Positions 41,541-49,896 of a stretch of 64,000 nucleotides of DNA are shown here, one piece after another. The notes beneath the pieces are model-generated. The model was given only the letters and a program-made list of their open reading frames with translations, searched no databases and was not told the DNA's origin. Position numbers and translations under genes: made by a program. Position 1 is the stretch's first letter, and each line of letters begins with the position of its first letter. The stretch lies in the NCBI GenBank assembly GCA_041394905.1, contig JAWKHJ010000018.1:3217-67216 (forward strand). Reading direction: 5' to 3'. The DNA is from Bryobacterales bacterium (GTDB taxonomy: Bacteria; Acidobacteriota; Terriglobia; Bryobacterales; UBA6623).

Positions 41541-41560
41541 CGATCTGTTATATCAGATCG
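41541..41560. promoter_or_regulatory. 20-bp palindrome CGATCTGTTATATCAGATCG (candidate operator overlapping an extended -10-like element) upstream of TBDR paralog 1
   Basis: Perfect 7-bp arms with a 6-nt AT spacer, centre about 43 nt upstream of ATG 41507. The reverse complement recurs at 45100. The minus strand reads TGATATAAC. A TTGACA lies at 41589-41594 (minus strand). Confidence 0.45.
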
Positions 41561-41625
41561 TCGTTAGGCTAGCCGATAGAGCCTAGCCTGTCAACTGGAG
41601 GACGGTTAGCCCTGTAAAGCTATCG

Positions 41626-41658
41626 CCGGGCCGCCGCCAGGGCTAGTCGGCGGCCCGG
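41626..41658 (-). terminator. GC-rich hairpin after TBDR paralog 2 stop
   Basis: CCGGGCCGCCG-11 nt-CGGCGGCCCGG: an 11-bp stem 16 nt downstream of stop 41674, with no clear U tract. Confidence 0.4.
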
Positions 41659-41673
41659 GGTCAATTCGCGGGC

Positions 41674-44600
41674 CTAGAAGATTAGCTTCAGGCCCAGTTG
41701 CATCACACGCGCATCGCGCGCGGAGTTGATCACGCCGAACGTCGCGCTTTGGTTCTTGCCGTCCGGCCCCGCCACGAAGGTATCGTTCACCAAACCGTAG
41801 TTGACGTGGTTGAGGAAGTTGAAAGCCTCTGCCCGGAACTGGATGTTGAAACGCTCGCCGATGTGCGTATCCTTGATCAGCGAGAGATCCCAGTTCACCG
41901 TACCCGGGTGACGCACGTCCGGTAACGAGCGCCCGATGTTGCCAAACGTGAACAGCGCCGGGTTCACGAACTGGTCGGTATCGAACCAACGTTGCGCCGT
42001 GCGCTGGTCGCCCGGCAGTTTGGCGCTCACGCCTGTCGAATCGGGGCGGTCGGCGCCCTGGTTGTTGGCGCCGCGGACGGTGATCGGAAGGCCGGTCTGC
42101 ATCACGCCGATCGTGTTGATCTGCCAGCCGCCGACGATCTTGTTCAGCACGGCGTTCGACGGATCGAAGCGTCGCCCACGGCCGAACGGCAACTCGTAGA
42201 TACCGCTGATCACCAACCGGCGGGATACATCGGTCGGATCGACGCCCTTCTGCGACTTGCGGTCGTAGAGGCCGTTCTGGAAGCTGTTCTCGTTCGTCTG
42301 CTCCACCGCGCCGAAATCCACCGGATTGGCGAGCGAGTCCGAGATCTTCTTGCCGCCGGTGAACGCGACATGCATCAGCAGGCCTTGCGCCAGCCGCCGC
42401 TTCACGTTGATCTGCACCTGGTGCGAGTTGTAGTTACCCATCAACGGATTGCTGATGTTGACCGAGTTGTAATACGGGAACGCCATCAGGGAGCGCTCCC
42501 GGGAGATCGTGGCCGCACCGAGGCCGCCCGGAACCATGCCGGCATAAGGGTTGGCGACGGCGTCATTGAGCGACTGGCCCAGTTGCAACCGCACGGCCGG
42601 ATCGATCTGGTTGAGGTTATAGCCACCCGCGATGAAGTGGTTGCCCTTGTTGCCGGCGTAGGTCACGTCGAACATCCACTCTCCGATCTGGTGTTGGATG
42701 GAGAAGTTCCACTGCTGAGTGAGCGGCGTGATGCCCTTAGCCTCGCGCAGGTTCACAGCTTGGCCCAGCCGCGCTTCCGGTCCGGCCGACCGCCCCGGCG
42801 ACTCGACCGGCGCATAGGGGAAGCCGTTCTCGAAGAAGAACGATTCCCGGTTGGGCCCGACAGCAACGTAGCTCGTCCGCGTGGTCGAGAACAGCGTGGT
42901 GTCGCCGAAGAAGTTGCGCCAGAAGATCGATGGATAGAAGACGCCGTAGCCGCCGCGAATGACGGTCTTGCCTTGGCCGGTCAGGTCATAAGCGAAGCCG
43001 AAACGCGGCGCGAAGTCGTTGTGATCTTCGGATACGAACGAGCGCGGCTGGCCCTCGTAGTTGGCATAGACGGTGCATCCCTTCAAGCCGTTCGGCAACG
43101 TGCAGGTCGGATCGAAGTTGATGTGGCCGTCGTAGCGCTCCACCGGGCGGCGCTGGAAGTCGTAGCGCAGACCGAGGTTCAACGTCAGCCGGCGGCTGAC
43201 CTTCCAGTCGTCGTTCACGAAGCCGCTCGCTGCGTAGCCCTGCCAGGAATTGCCCAGGATGCGGTCGATGTTCGACGAGTTCACCGCACCGAGCAGGAAC
43301 TGTGCCATGTTGGAGCCGGTACCACCCGGGCTTTGCGGATTCGTCGTCAAGCCGCTGAAGCTGAAGGCGCCCGACAGCGCCGCACCTTGCAGGTTGCCGC
43401 CGTAAAGGTCACGGTAGTTCGCGCCCAGCTTGAGCGTGTGCGAGCCGTGCACCCAGGTCAGCATGTTCTGGATATCCCAGTTGAGTGAACCGCGCTTACC
43501 CGCGGCGCCGCCGCCGATCGATCCGAACCCAAAGTCGATTTGCGGCATCTGGTCGTCGGGGACGATTGCCGGCAAGCCGAGCTTGCTCGGCCAGTTCTGC
43601 CCGAAGTTGACCGCGGTGAAATTGAACAACTGCTGCACCACGCCCACGCGGAAGTTATTGATCACGGTCGGCGAGAACGTGTGCGTATCCGAAAGCACGA
43701 TGTTCTTGTTCGTCTGGTTGTCCACGCGGTTCGAGCCGACGGTGGGATCGGTAAAGATCGAGTTTGCCGACGGCGAATGCTCGGCCTGGGTATAGCGGAA
43801 GAAGATCGAGTTCTTGTCGTTGAAGACGTGGTCGAGCTTGCCGTTCCACTGCGACCAGTCGACGTCGCTGGTGGCGGCGTTTTGGAAGTTTTGCGCGAAT
43901 GTGTTCGCGTTGCTCGGCGCGCGGTTCGCTTCGGGCCAGAAGGCGAGAATCTTCGGCGTGATCGCGTCAAAACGCGCCTGCGGAACCAGGTTGTTCGCGA
44001 AGGCGTCGCGAATCTGGCCACCGCCGTTGGGGTTGGCTCGCGTTGTCGCCGGATCGTAGACCGGGATGAAAGCGCCGGCCGAGGTCTTCAACTGCGAGAA
44101 GTCGCCCTTGCGGAATGCATCGATCGGAACCGAGGCGATGCGCGGCGTCTGGCGGCGCAGGCGATACTCTTCCCAGTTGAAGAAAAAGAATGTCTTGTTC
44201 TTGATGATCGGACCGCCGACGGAGGCGCCGAATTGGTTGTAGCGCAGCGGCAGCTTGTTGGCCGTGAAGGTGTTGCGGGCGTCGAACGCGTTGTTGCGCA
44301 GAAACTCGTACACGGTGCCGTGGAACGTGTTTGTTCCCGAGCGCGTGACGAGGTTGACCGTGCCCCCGGCGGTGAAACCGAACTCGGCTGACATCGTTCC
44401 CGATTGCACCTTGAACTCTTCAACCGCATCGACGGCCGGAGGCACGCCGACTTCGCCCACGTAGCTCAGCGTGTTGTTGTTGCCGTCGAGCATGCTGGCG
44501 TTCATCGAGTTCGGGCTGCCGTTGATCGAAATCGCCGAGAGCTGGATGCCGCGGTCGCCAAAGCCTGAATTCGTGGGGCCGGCGTTGGAGATGACGCCCG

Positions 44601-45072
44601 TATTGAGCAACGTCAGCGCGAGCGCGGAACGGCCGTTGATCGGCAGGTCCGCGACGCGTTTGCGCTCGATGACCTCGCCGAGCGTTGCGCCGGAGACGTC
44701 GACCAGCGCCGCGTCCGCGCGGACTTCGACGACCTCGGCGACGGCGCCGACTTCGAGCGTGAGATTGACCAGAGCGTTTTGGTTGACTTGGAGGGTTACG
44801 CCGGTTCGAAGAGCCTTCTTGAAGCCCTCGGATTCGGCGGAGATTTCGTAGTCACCCACCGGCAAGCCTGGAGCGGTATAAAATCCGCTTTCATTGGCTG
44901 CCGCAGTGGAGACTGCGTTTGTCGCAACATTGCGAACTTGGATTTGTGCGCCGGGAACGACCGCCCCTTGCGGATCGGTGACCGTACCGGAGATCGTACC
45001 GGAGCTTTGTTGACCAAAAGCGAGACATGCGCTGACAAGCGCGAGCGCCACGAGGCGCCACCCCTGAAACAT
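41674..45072 (-). CDS. TonB-dependent receptor, CarboxypepD_reg-plug-barrel type (paralog 2)
   Basis: ATG at 45072 (MFQGWRLVALALVSACLAFGQQ) inside ORF 41674..45153. GGAGG ribosome-binding site 8-9 nt upstream. Collinear with paralog 1 along its full length. Confidence 0.9.
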   Translation of the reverse strand: MFQGWRLVALALVSACLAFGQQSSGTISGTVTDPQGAVVPGAQIQVRNVATNAVSTAAANESGFYTAPGLPVGDYEISAESEGFKKALRTGVTLQVNQNALVNLTLEVGAVAEVVEVRADAALVDVSGATLGEVIERKRVADLPINGRSALALTLLNTGVISNAGPTNSGFGDRGIQLSAISINGSPNSMNASMLDGNNNTLSYVGEVGVPPAVDAVEEFKVQSGTMSAEFGFTAGGTVNLVTRSGTNTFHGTVYEFLRNNAFDARNTFTANKLPLRYNQFGASVGGPIIKNKTFFFFNWEEYRLRRQTPRIASVPIDAFRKGDFSQLKTSAGAFIPVYDPATTRANPNGGGQIRDAFANNLVPQARFDAITPKILAFWPEANRAPSNANTFAQNFQNAATSDVDWSQWNGKLDHVFNDKNSIFFRYTQAEHSPSANSIFTDPTVGSNRVDNQTNKNIVLSDTHTFSPTVINNFRVGVVQQLFNFTAVNFGQNWPSKLGLPAIVPDDQMPQIDFGFGSIGGGAAGKRGSLNWDIQNMLTWVHGSHTLKLGANYRDLYGGNLQGAALSGAFSFSGLTTNPQSPGGTGSNMAQFLLGAVNSSNIDRILGNSWQGYAASGFVNDDWKVSRRLTLNLGLRYDFQRRPVERYDGHINFDPTCTLPNGLKGCTVYANYEGQPRSFVSEDHNDFAPRFGFAYDLTGQGKTVIRGGYGVFYPSIFWRNFFGDTTLFSTTRTSYVAVGPNRESFFFENGFPYAPVESPGRSAGPEARLGQAVNLREAKGITPLTQQWNFSIQHQIGEWMFDVTYAGNKGNHFIAGGYNLNQIDPAVRLQLGQSLNDAVANPYAGMVPGGLGAATISRERSLMAFPYYNSVNISNPLMGNYNSHQVQINVKRRLAQGLLMHVAFTGGKKISDSLANPVDFGAVEQTNENSFQNGLYDRKSQKGVDPTDVSRRLVISGIYELPFGRGRRFDPSNAVLNKIVGGWQINTIGVMQTGLPITVRGANNQGADRPDSTGVSAKLPGDQRTAQRWFDTDQFVNPALFTFGNIGRSLPDVRHPGTVNWDLSLIKDTHIGERFNIQFRAEAFNFLNHVNYGLVNDTFVAGPDGKNQSATFGVINSARDARVMQLGLKLIF

Positions 45073-45099
45073 TGGACCATTCCTCCTCGAGGAGCTAGG

Positions 45100-45119
45100 C
45101 GATCTGATATAACAGATCA
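45100..45119. promoter_or_regulatory. 20-bp palindrome CGATCTGATATAACAGATCA in the divergent TBDR2 / CRTAC1-like intergenic region
   Basis: Reverse complement of the 41541 site in 19 of 20 positions. Centre is about 37 nt upstream of ATG 45072 (minus) and about 84 nt upstream of ATG 45193 (plus). Confidence 0.45.
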
Positions 45120-45192
45120 AGGCGAGCGTATCGCTTTGCAGGCAGGCGAACAATCCCCCTCGAAGGGCCTAAAACGAAACTCGTTTCGCGGG

Positions 45193-46755
45193 ATGGGGAT
45201 GGCGTTGGCCGTCGTGATTTGCCTGGCCCCAGGCATCGTCCAGGCGCAACGCTTCGAGGACGTTACCGCCTCTTCGGGCGCCAAGTTCAAGCACGACGCA
45301 GGCAAGACCGCTGAAAAGCGGCTGATCGAGACGATGGGTTCGGGTCTGGCCGCAGCGGACTTCAACGGCGATGGCTTGGTGGACCTGTTCTTTGTCGGCG
45401 GCGCCGACGGCGCTCATCGACTGTATTTGAATCGCGCCGCCTTGAGCTTCGAAGACGCCACCGCAGACTCCGGAATCGCGGGCGGAGCTTACGGCATGGG
45501 CGCGGCGGCGGCGGATGTCGATGATGACGGCGACGTGGATCTCATCGTCACTGCCTTCGACGAGCTGACCTTGTACCGCAATTCGGGAGAGGCTAGCTTC
45601 CAGGCGTCGACCCTGCCTGCTCGAGGTTGGCTCTCCGGCCCCGCCTTTGTCGACTTCGACGGAGATGGCCGGCTCGACCTGTTCGTGTCGCGCTACCTCG
45701 ATTGGGACTACGAGCACAGCCGCTGGTGCGGCGAGAACGAACCCGGACGCCGCTCCTACTGCCACCCGCGCGAGTACGGCCCGGTCACTCATCTGCTGCT
45801 GCGCAACCTCGGCGACGGCCGCTTCGAAGACATCTCCGTTCAAGTCGGCCTCGATAAACACCCCGGCAAAGGCCTCGGCGTTGCGGTCAACGACTTCGAC
45901 GGCGACGGACGACCAGACGTTTTCGCGGCGAATGATTCCTATCCGCAACAGCTATTCCGCAACGTAGACGGCGAGCGGTTCGAAGATGTCGGCGTGTCCG
46001 CGGGCGTCGCCTATGACGTCGACGGCCGCGACTTCGCGGGGATGGGGGCGCTCTTCGACGACTACGACGAAGACGGCTGCCCAGACATCTTCGTCGACGC
46101 GCTGGGTCGCCAAGGCTACTGGCTCTATCGCAACCTTGGCGGCGGCGAGTTCGAACCTGTCAGCCGCCAAGCAGGTCTCGTCGGCCCGACGGAGATGCGC
46201 TCTGGCTGGGGTGCGGCGTTTGCCGATTTCGACAACGACGGCTGGCGCGATCTCGTCGTCGCCCAAGGTCACGTGATGGATGACATCGAACGCACGGACC
46301 CCGCTCTGGCCTATCGCGAGCCGCTGTTACTGCTACGCAACTTGTTCGGGCGCTTCTATGACCGCTCGCGTCAAGCCGGCGAGGCCTTCGTCGAACCTCG
46401 GGCCGCACGCGGCGCCGTCGCCGTCGATCTCGACCAAGACGGGCGCCTGGATTTGGTCGTGACGACTAACGACGGCCCTGCGGTCATCCTGCGCAATGTC
46501 ACCGACACCGCCGGCAATTGGCTCGCCGTCGACGCGCCGCTCGGTTCGACTGTTCGGCTGAAGCTCGCGTCCGGCCGCGAGCTCGTCCGCCACGTCGGTT
46601 CCGGCGGCGGCTATCTCTCCTCGGGAGGCCCGCTGGTCCACTTCGGGTTGGGCGCTGACACCCCGGCTGGACTGTCGATCACGCTGCCCGACGGGCAAAT
46701 GTGGATCGCGCCCACGCCCTCAGCGAACGAGATCGTCATCTGCCCAAGGCCCTGA
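45193..46755 (+). CDS. secreted FG-GAP/VCBS-repeat protein with ASPIC/UnbV C-terminal domain (CRTAC1-like)
   Basis: ATG at 45193 (MGMALAVVICLAPGIVQAQ) inside ORF 44779..46755. Repeated DFNGDGLVDL / DVDDDGDVDL / DFDGDGRLDL / DFDNDGWRDL motifs, and C-terminal GSGGGYLSSGGPLVHFGLG. Confidence 0.85.
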   Translation: MGMALAVVICLAPGIVQAQRFEDVTASSGAKFKHDAGKTAEKRLIETMGSGLAAADFNGDGLVDLFFVGGADGAHRLYLNRAALSFEDATADSGIAGGAYGMGAAAADVDDDGDVDLIVTAFDELTLYRNSGEASFQASTLPARGWLSGPAFVDFDGDGRLDLFVSRYLDWDYEHSRWCGENEPGRRSYCHPREYGPVTHLLLRNLGDGRFEDISVQVGLDKHPGKGLGVAVNDFDGDGRPDVFAANDSYPQQLFRNVDGERFEDVGVSAGVAYDVDGRDFAGMGALFDDYDEDGCPDIFVDALGRQGYWLYRNLGGGEFEPVSRQAGLVGPTEMRSGWGAAFADFDNDGWRDLVVAQGHVMDDIERTDPALAYREPLLLLRNLFGRFYDRSRQAGEAFVEPRAARGAVAVDLDQDGRLDLVVTTNDGPAVILRNVTDTAGNWLAVDAPLGSTVRLKLASGRELVRHVGSGGGYLSSGGPLVHFGLGADTPAGLSITLPDGQMWIAPTPSANEIVICPRP

Positions 46756-46787
46756 CGTGAGTTGGGGTTACAAGTCCCGCAACCGAG

Positions 46788-46807
46788 CCGCAGCGGCAAC
46801 GCTGCGG
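46788..46807 (+). terminator. hairpin with GNRA-type loop after the CRTAC1-like gene
   Basis: CCGCAGCG-GCAA-CGCTGCGG: an 8-bp stem about 33 nt after the stop, with no T tract. Confidence 0.35.
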
Positions 46808-46890
46808 TATCAGAGGCTGGCGCTCCCGCGACTCGGCTTCGGATTCTCCTGCCACAACTCTAAATCACCGCTTTGGGATAATGGCGCTTC

Positions 46891-47742
46891 ATGCGTCTCT
46901 GCACCTTCGATCACTCCGGGGCCACGCAGCCCGGCATCCTTCGCGGCGAGAAGATTCTACCGGTCGCCGAAGTCAACGCCAAGCGCGGCGCGCGCTTCCC
47001 GCTCGAGCTGCTCGAGCTGATCCAAACCGAGAACCTGGATGCGCTCGCCGACCTTTCGAAAGGCCTCGAGGCGGACATCCCTCTACGAGAGACCAAGTTA
47101 CGGCTCCCCTACCCGCGGCCCGGCAAGATCTGGTGCATCGGCCTCAATTACAAGTCGCACGCCGAGGACATCAACGCCGTCCAACCCGAAGAGCCGGGCG
47201 CCTTCATGAAGCCCTCGAGCTCGATCTTCGAGCCCGGCGGCTGGATCGAGCTTCCGCCTGAGCGGCTGACCAAAGACGTCGACGCGGAAGGCGAGCTCGC
47301 CATCGTATTCGGCAAACGCTGCCGCGAAGTCCCGATCGAGGAGATCGAAGACGTCATCCTCGGCTACACGACGACGCTCGACTTGACCGCGCTCGACATT
47401 CTGGCCAAGAACCCACGCTACCTGCAGCGCTCGAAAAGCTTCGACACGTTCTTCAGCTTCGGCCCGGTGATCGTGACGAAGGACGAGATCAAGGATGTGA
47501 ACGCGCTCGAGGTCATCACGAAGCACAACGACAAAGTCTTCTCGCGCGACTTCGTCCACAACATGCGTCACCTGCCCTACAAGCTCGCCTCGTTCCATAC
47601 CGATGTCATGACGTTCGAGCCGGGCGACATCCTATCGACCGGCTGCCCCAAGGGCGCGCGCATCAAGCCCGGCGACACGGTTGAGGCGTACATCGAAGGC
47701 GTGGGGAGCCTGAAGGCCAACGTCAAGCGCCGCGGCGAATAG
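46891..47742 (+). CDS. fumarylacetoacetate hydrolase (FAH) family protein
   Basis: ORF track 283 aa. KIWCIGLNYKSHAED, EGELAIVFGK and TGCPKG motifs. Confidence 0.85.
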   Translation: MRLCTFDHSGATQPGILRGEKILPVAEVNAKRGARFPLELLELIQTENLDALADLSKGLEADIPLRETKLRLPYPRPGKIWCIGLNYKSHAEDINAVQPEEPGAFMKPSSSIFEPGGWIELPPERLTKDVDAEGELAIVFGKRCREVPIEEIEDVILGYTTTLDLTALDILAKNPRYLQRSKSFDTFFSFGPVIVTKDEIKDVNALEVITKHNDKVFSRDFVHNMRHLPYKLASFHTDVMTFEPGDILSTGCPKGARIKPGDTVEAYIEGVGSLKANVKRRGE

Positions 47743-47747
47743 CTCGA

Positions 47748-48482
47748 TTAGGCCCGCAGTACGTAAAACACGTAGCCGTAGCTGTCGCCGAAGCGTTCGT
47801 AGAGCTCGATCTCTCGATCCGTCTCCGAAATCATGTCCGCCATGGCCGGATCGGAGCGCAGCTCATCCATCCTCAGCCTGAGCGGAGCGTAGAATTCGCG
47901 CTCCCAATCGGAGCGCGGAAGGGCGAACGTGGCCAGTGTGTCGTAGCCTTCGGCCCGGGCGCGTTCGACATTGCTTTCGATCGTCCCCATGTCGGGGTAG
48001 CCCGCATCCCAGAAGGCCCGCGCTCCTTCGGGCGGATCGTCGGTCAGCCAAGTCGCCTCGGTGACGCAGACATGTCCGCCGGAACGCAGCAGCGGACGCC
48101 AAAGCCGTAACCCGCGCGCGAACCCGATGAGGTAGATCGCGCCCTCGCTCCAGATCAGGTCGTAGCTTGCGGGCTCATCCTCGAGCGCATCCATCGACTG
48201 GAGCCGTGGAGTTACCTGAGCCGCAAGCCCCGCCGCTTTAGCCGTCCGCTCGAGCTCGTCCAAGAACGGTTGGTGTACGTCGACCGCAGTCACGTGTCCA
48301 CCCGTCTCCCGCGCCAACACGATCGCCGCAGCGCCTGCGCCACAACCAAGGTCGAGAATGCGCGGCTTCGGCGGCAGGTCCGAAAGGGCCCGCAAGGCCC
48401 GCAGCGTGGACGCCTCGCTGCCTGGTCCTTTGCGCGGTAGTCCTGCAAACAGGCGAAATAGCGGTTCGTGGGATTCGCTCAT
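47748..48482 (-). CDS. class I SAM-dependent methyltransferase
   Basis: ILDLGCGAGAAAIVLA motif I. Start placed at ATG 48482 (MSESHEPLF), which overlaps the permease stop as ATGA. ORF track gives 47748..48506. Confidence 0.75.
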   Translation of the reverse strand: MSESHEPLFRLFAGLPRKGPGSEASTLRALRALSDLPPKPRILDLGCGAGAAAIVLARETGGHVTAVDVHQPFLDELERTAKAAGLAAQVTPRLQSMDALEDEPASYDLIWSEGAIYLIGFARGLRLWRPLLRSGGHVCVTEATWLTDDPPEGARAFWDAGYPDMGTIESNVERARAEGYDTLATFALPRSDWEREFYAPLRLRMDELRSDPAMADMISETDREIELYERFGDSYGYVFYVLRA

Positions 48483-49123
48483 TCCGTGCGCAGCCTCCGC
48501 GTCCATCGTCGCTCCAGCAGCCCTAGCGCGCCATCGGCGGTCAGGGCCAGCAGCGCCGCCGGCAAGGCGCCCAGCAAGATCAAGCTCGTGTTCACAGTCT
48601 GCAAACCCATGAAGATGAACTGCCCGAGCCCGCCGGCGCCAATCAAGGCGGCGATGGTCGCCACGCCCACGCAGGTCACCGTCGCCACGCGCAGCCCGGC
48701 GAGGATCGTCGGCGCAGCAAGAGGAAGCTCGACCATGCGCAGGAGTTGCCGGTCCGTCATGCCCATCGCCACCGCCGCCTCACGTACAGCAGGGTCCACT
48801 TGTCGAATGCCCACGAAGGCGTTGCGCAGAATCGGCAGCAGCGCATAGAGCGTCAGCGCCACGATCGCCGACCGCACGCCGATGCCGCCAATCAGTGGAA
48901 TCGGAATGAGGAAGCCGAACAGGGCCAAGCTCGGGATCGTCTGCACCGTGTTCGCGAAGCCCAGTGTCCAACGCTCCCAGCGCGGCTTACGCGTCAGCCA
49001 GACTCCGGCTGGAATCCCAATTGCCGCGGCGATGCCGACAGAGACCGCGACCAGCCAAAGGTGCTCCCAGGTGCGCAGCGCCAGGTCGACGCGGTAACTC
49101 GAGAGCGTCTCCCAAAAGCTCAT
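48479..49123 (-). CDS. ABC transporter permease, osmoprotectant (OpuB/OpuC/ProW-like) type
   Basis: ORF track 214 aa, five or six TM segments, EAAVAMGMTDRQLLRMVELPLAAP EAA-loop. Confidence 0.8.
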   Translation of the reverse strand: MSFWETLSSYRVDLALRTWEHLWLVAVSVGIAAAIGIPAGVWLTRKPRWERWTLGFANTVQTIPSLALFGFLIPIPLIGGIGVRSAIVALTLYALLPILRNAFVGIRQVDPAVREAAVAMGMTDRQLLRMVELPLAAPTILAGLRVATVTCVGVATIAALIGAGGLGQFIFMGLQTVNTSLILLGALPAALLALTADGALGLLERRWTRRLRTE

Positions 49124-49845
49124 GCGCGCCCCTCACGAAATGCCCGCACCGCCGGCTCGTCGGTGCGGGAGAAGTCTTCGGACGTGCCCGACCATGCCAG
49201 CCGCCCGCCTTCGAGCAATGCGATGCGGTTACCTAGGAGCACCGCCTCAGCGATGTCGTGCGTGACGAAGACGATTGTCTTGTGCAACTGCTCTTGCAGC
49301 GCTCTGAGCTCGCTTTGCAGCTCTCCGCGGGTAATCGGATCGAGCGCGCCGAAAGGTTCATCCATCAACAGAATGGGCGGATCCGCAGCCAACGCACGCG
49401 CCACGCCCACCCGCTGGCGCTGCCCTCCGGAGAGCTCCGAGGGCCTCCGCTGGGCGACTTCCCCCGCCGGCAGGCCAACCCGTTCGAGCAATTCCGCGAC
49501 CTTCGCTTCCGTAATCGGCGCGCCGGATATGCGCGGGACGAGCGCCACGTTCTCCGCAACCGTCAAGTGCGGCAGCAGGCCGATCTCCTGGATGACGTAG
49601 CCGATCGAACGCCGCAGCGCGATCGGGTCCCATTCGGCCGTCGAGCGCCCTTGCACGACGACGGCGCCCTGGTCGGGCGTGCGCAGGGCGTTGATCAGCT
49701 TGAGAGCTGTCGTCTTGCCCGAGCCGCTGCGGCCTAGGAGTACGAGCGTTTCGCCGGGAGTCGCGTCGAGGGTCAGCGAGGAGAGAACATCGCGTCCGCC
49801 CAGGCGGCAAGCGACGTTTTCAAAACGAATCGGAGAGTCCTGCAA
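49120..49845 (-). CDS. ABC transporter ATP-binding protein (no CBS tail)
   Basis: ORF track 241 aa. Walker A GRSGSGKTT, signature LSGGQRQR, Walker B ILLMDEP. 4-nt overlap with the permease. Confidence 0.9.
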   Translation of the reverse strand: MQDSPIRFENVACRLGGRDVLSSLTLDATPGETLVLLGRSGSGKTTALKLINALRTPDQGAVVVQGRSTAEWDPIALRRSIGYVIQEIGLLPHLTVAENVALVPRISGAPITEAKVAELLERVGLPAGEVAQRRPSELSGGQRQRVGVARALAADPPILLMDEPFGALDPITRGELQSELRALQEQLHKTIVFVTHDIAEAVLLGNRIALLEGGRLAWSGTSEDFSRTDEPAVRAFREGRA

Positions 49846-49896
49846 AGCCGGGCGGTCCGTCGGGCTCCATCGTACCGCGATCGGGCGAAATGCCCG

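Larger units (their letters stand above)
38106..45072 (-). repeat. tandem duplication of a 3.4-kb TonB-dependent receptor gene
   Basis: The two products align end to end and are roughly three quarters identical by eye, for example QVNQIAQINLTLEVGAVAEVVEVTGEAPLV versus QVNQNALVNLTLEVGAVAEVVEVRADAALV, and ARDARVIQLGLKLIF versus ARDARVMQLGLKLIF. Long DNA stretches are nearly identical. Confidence 0.85.
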
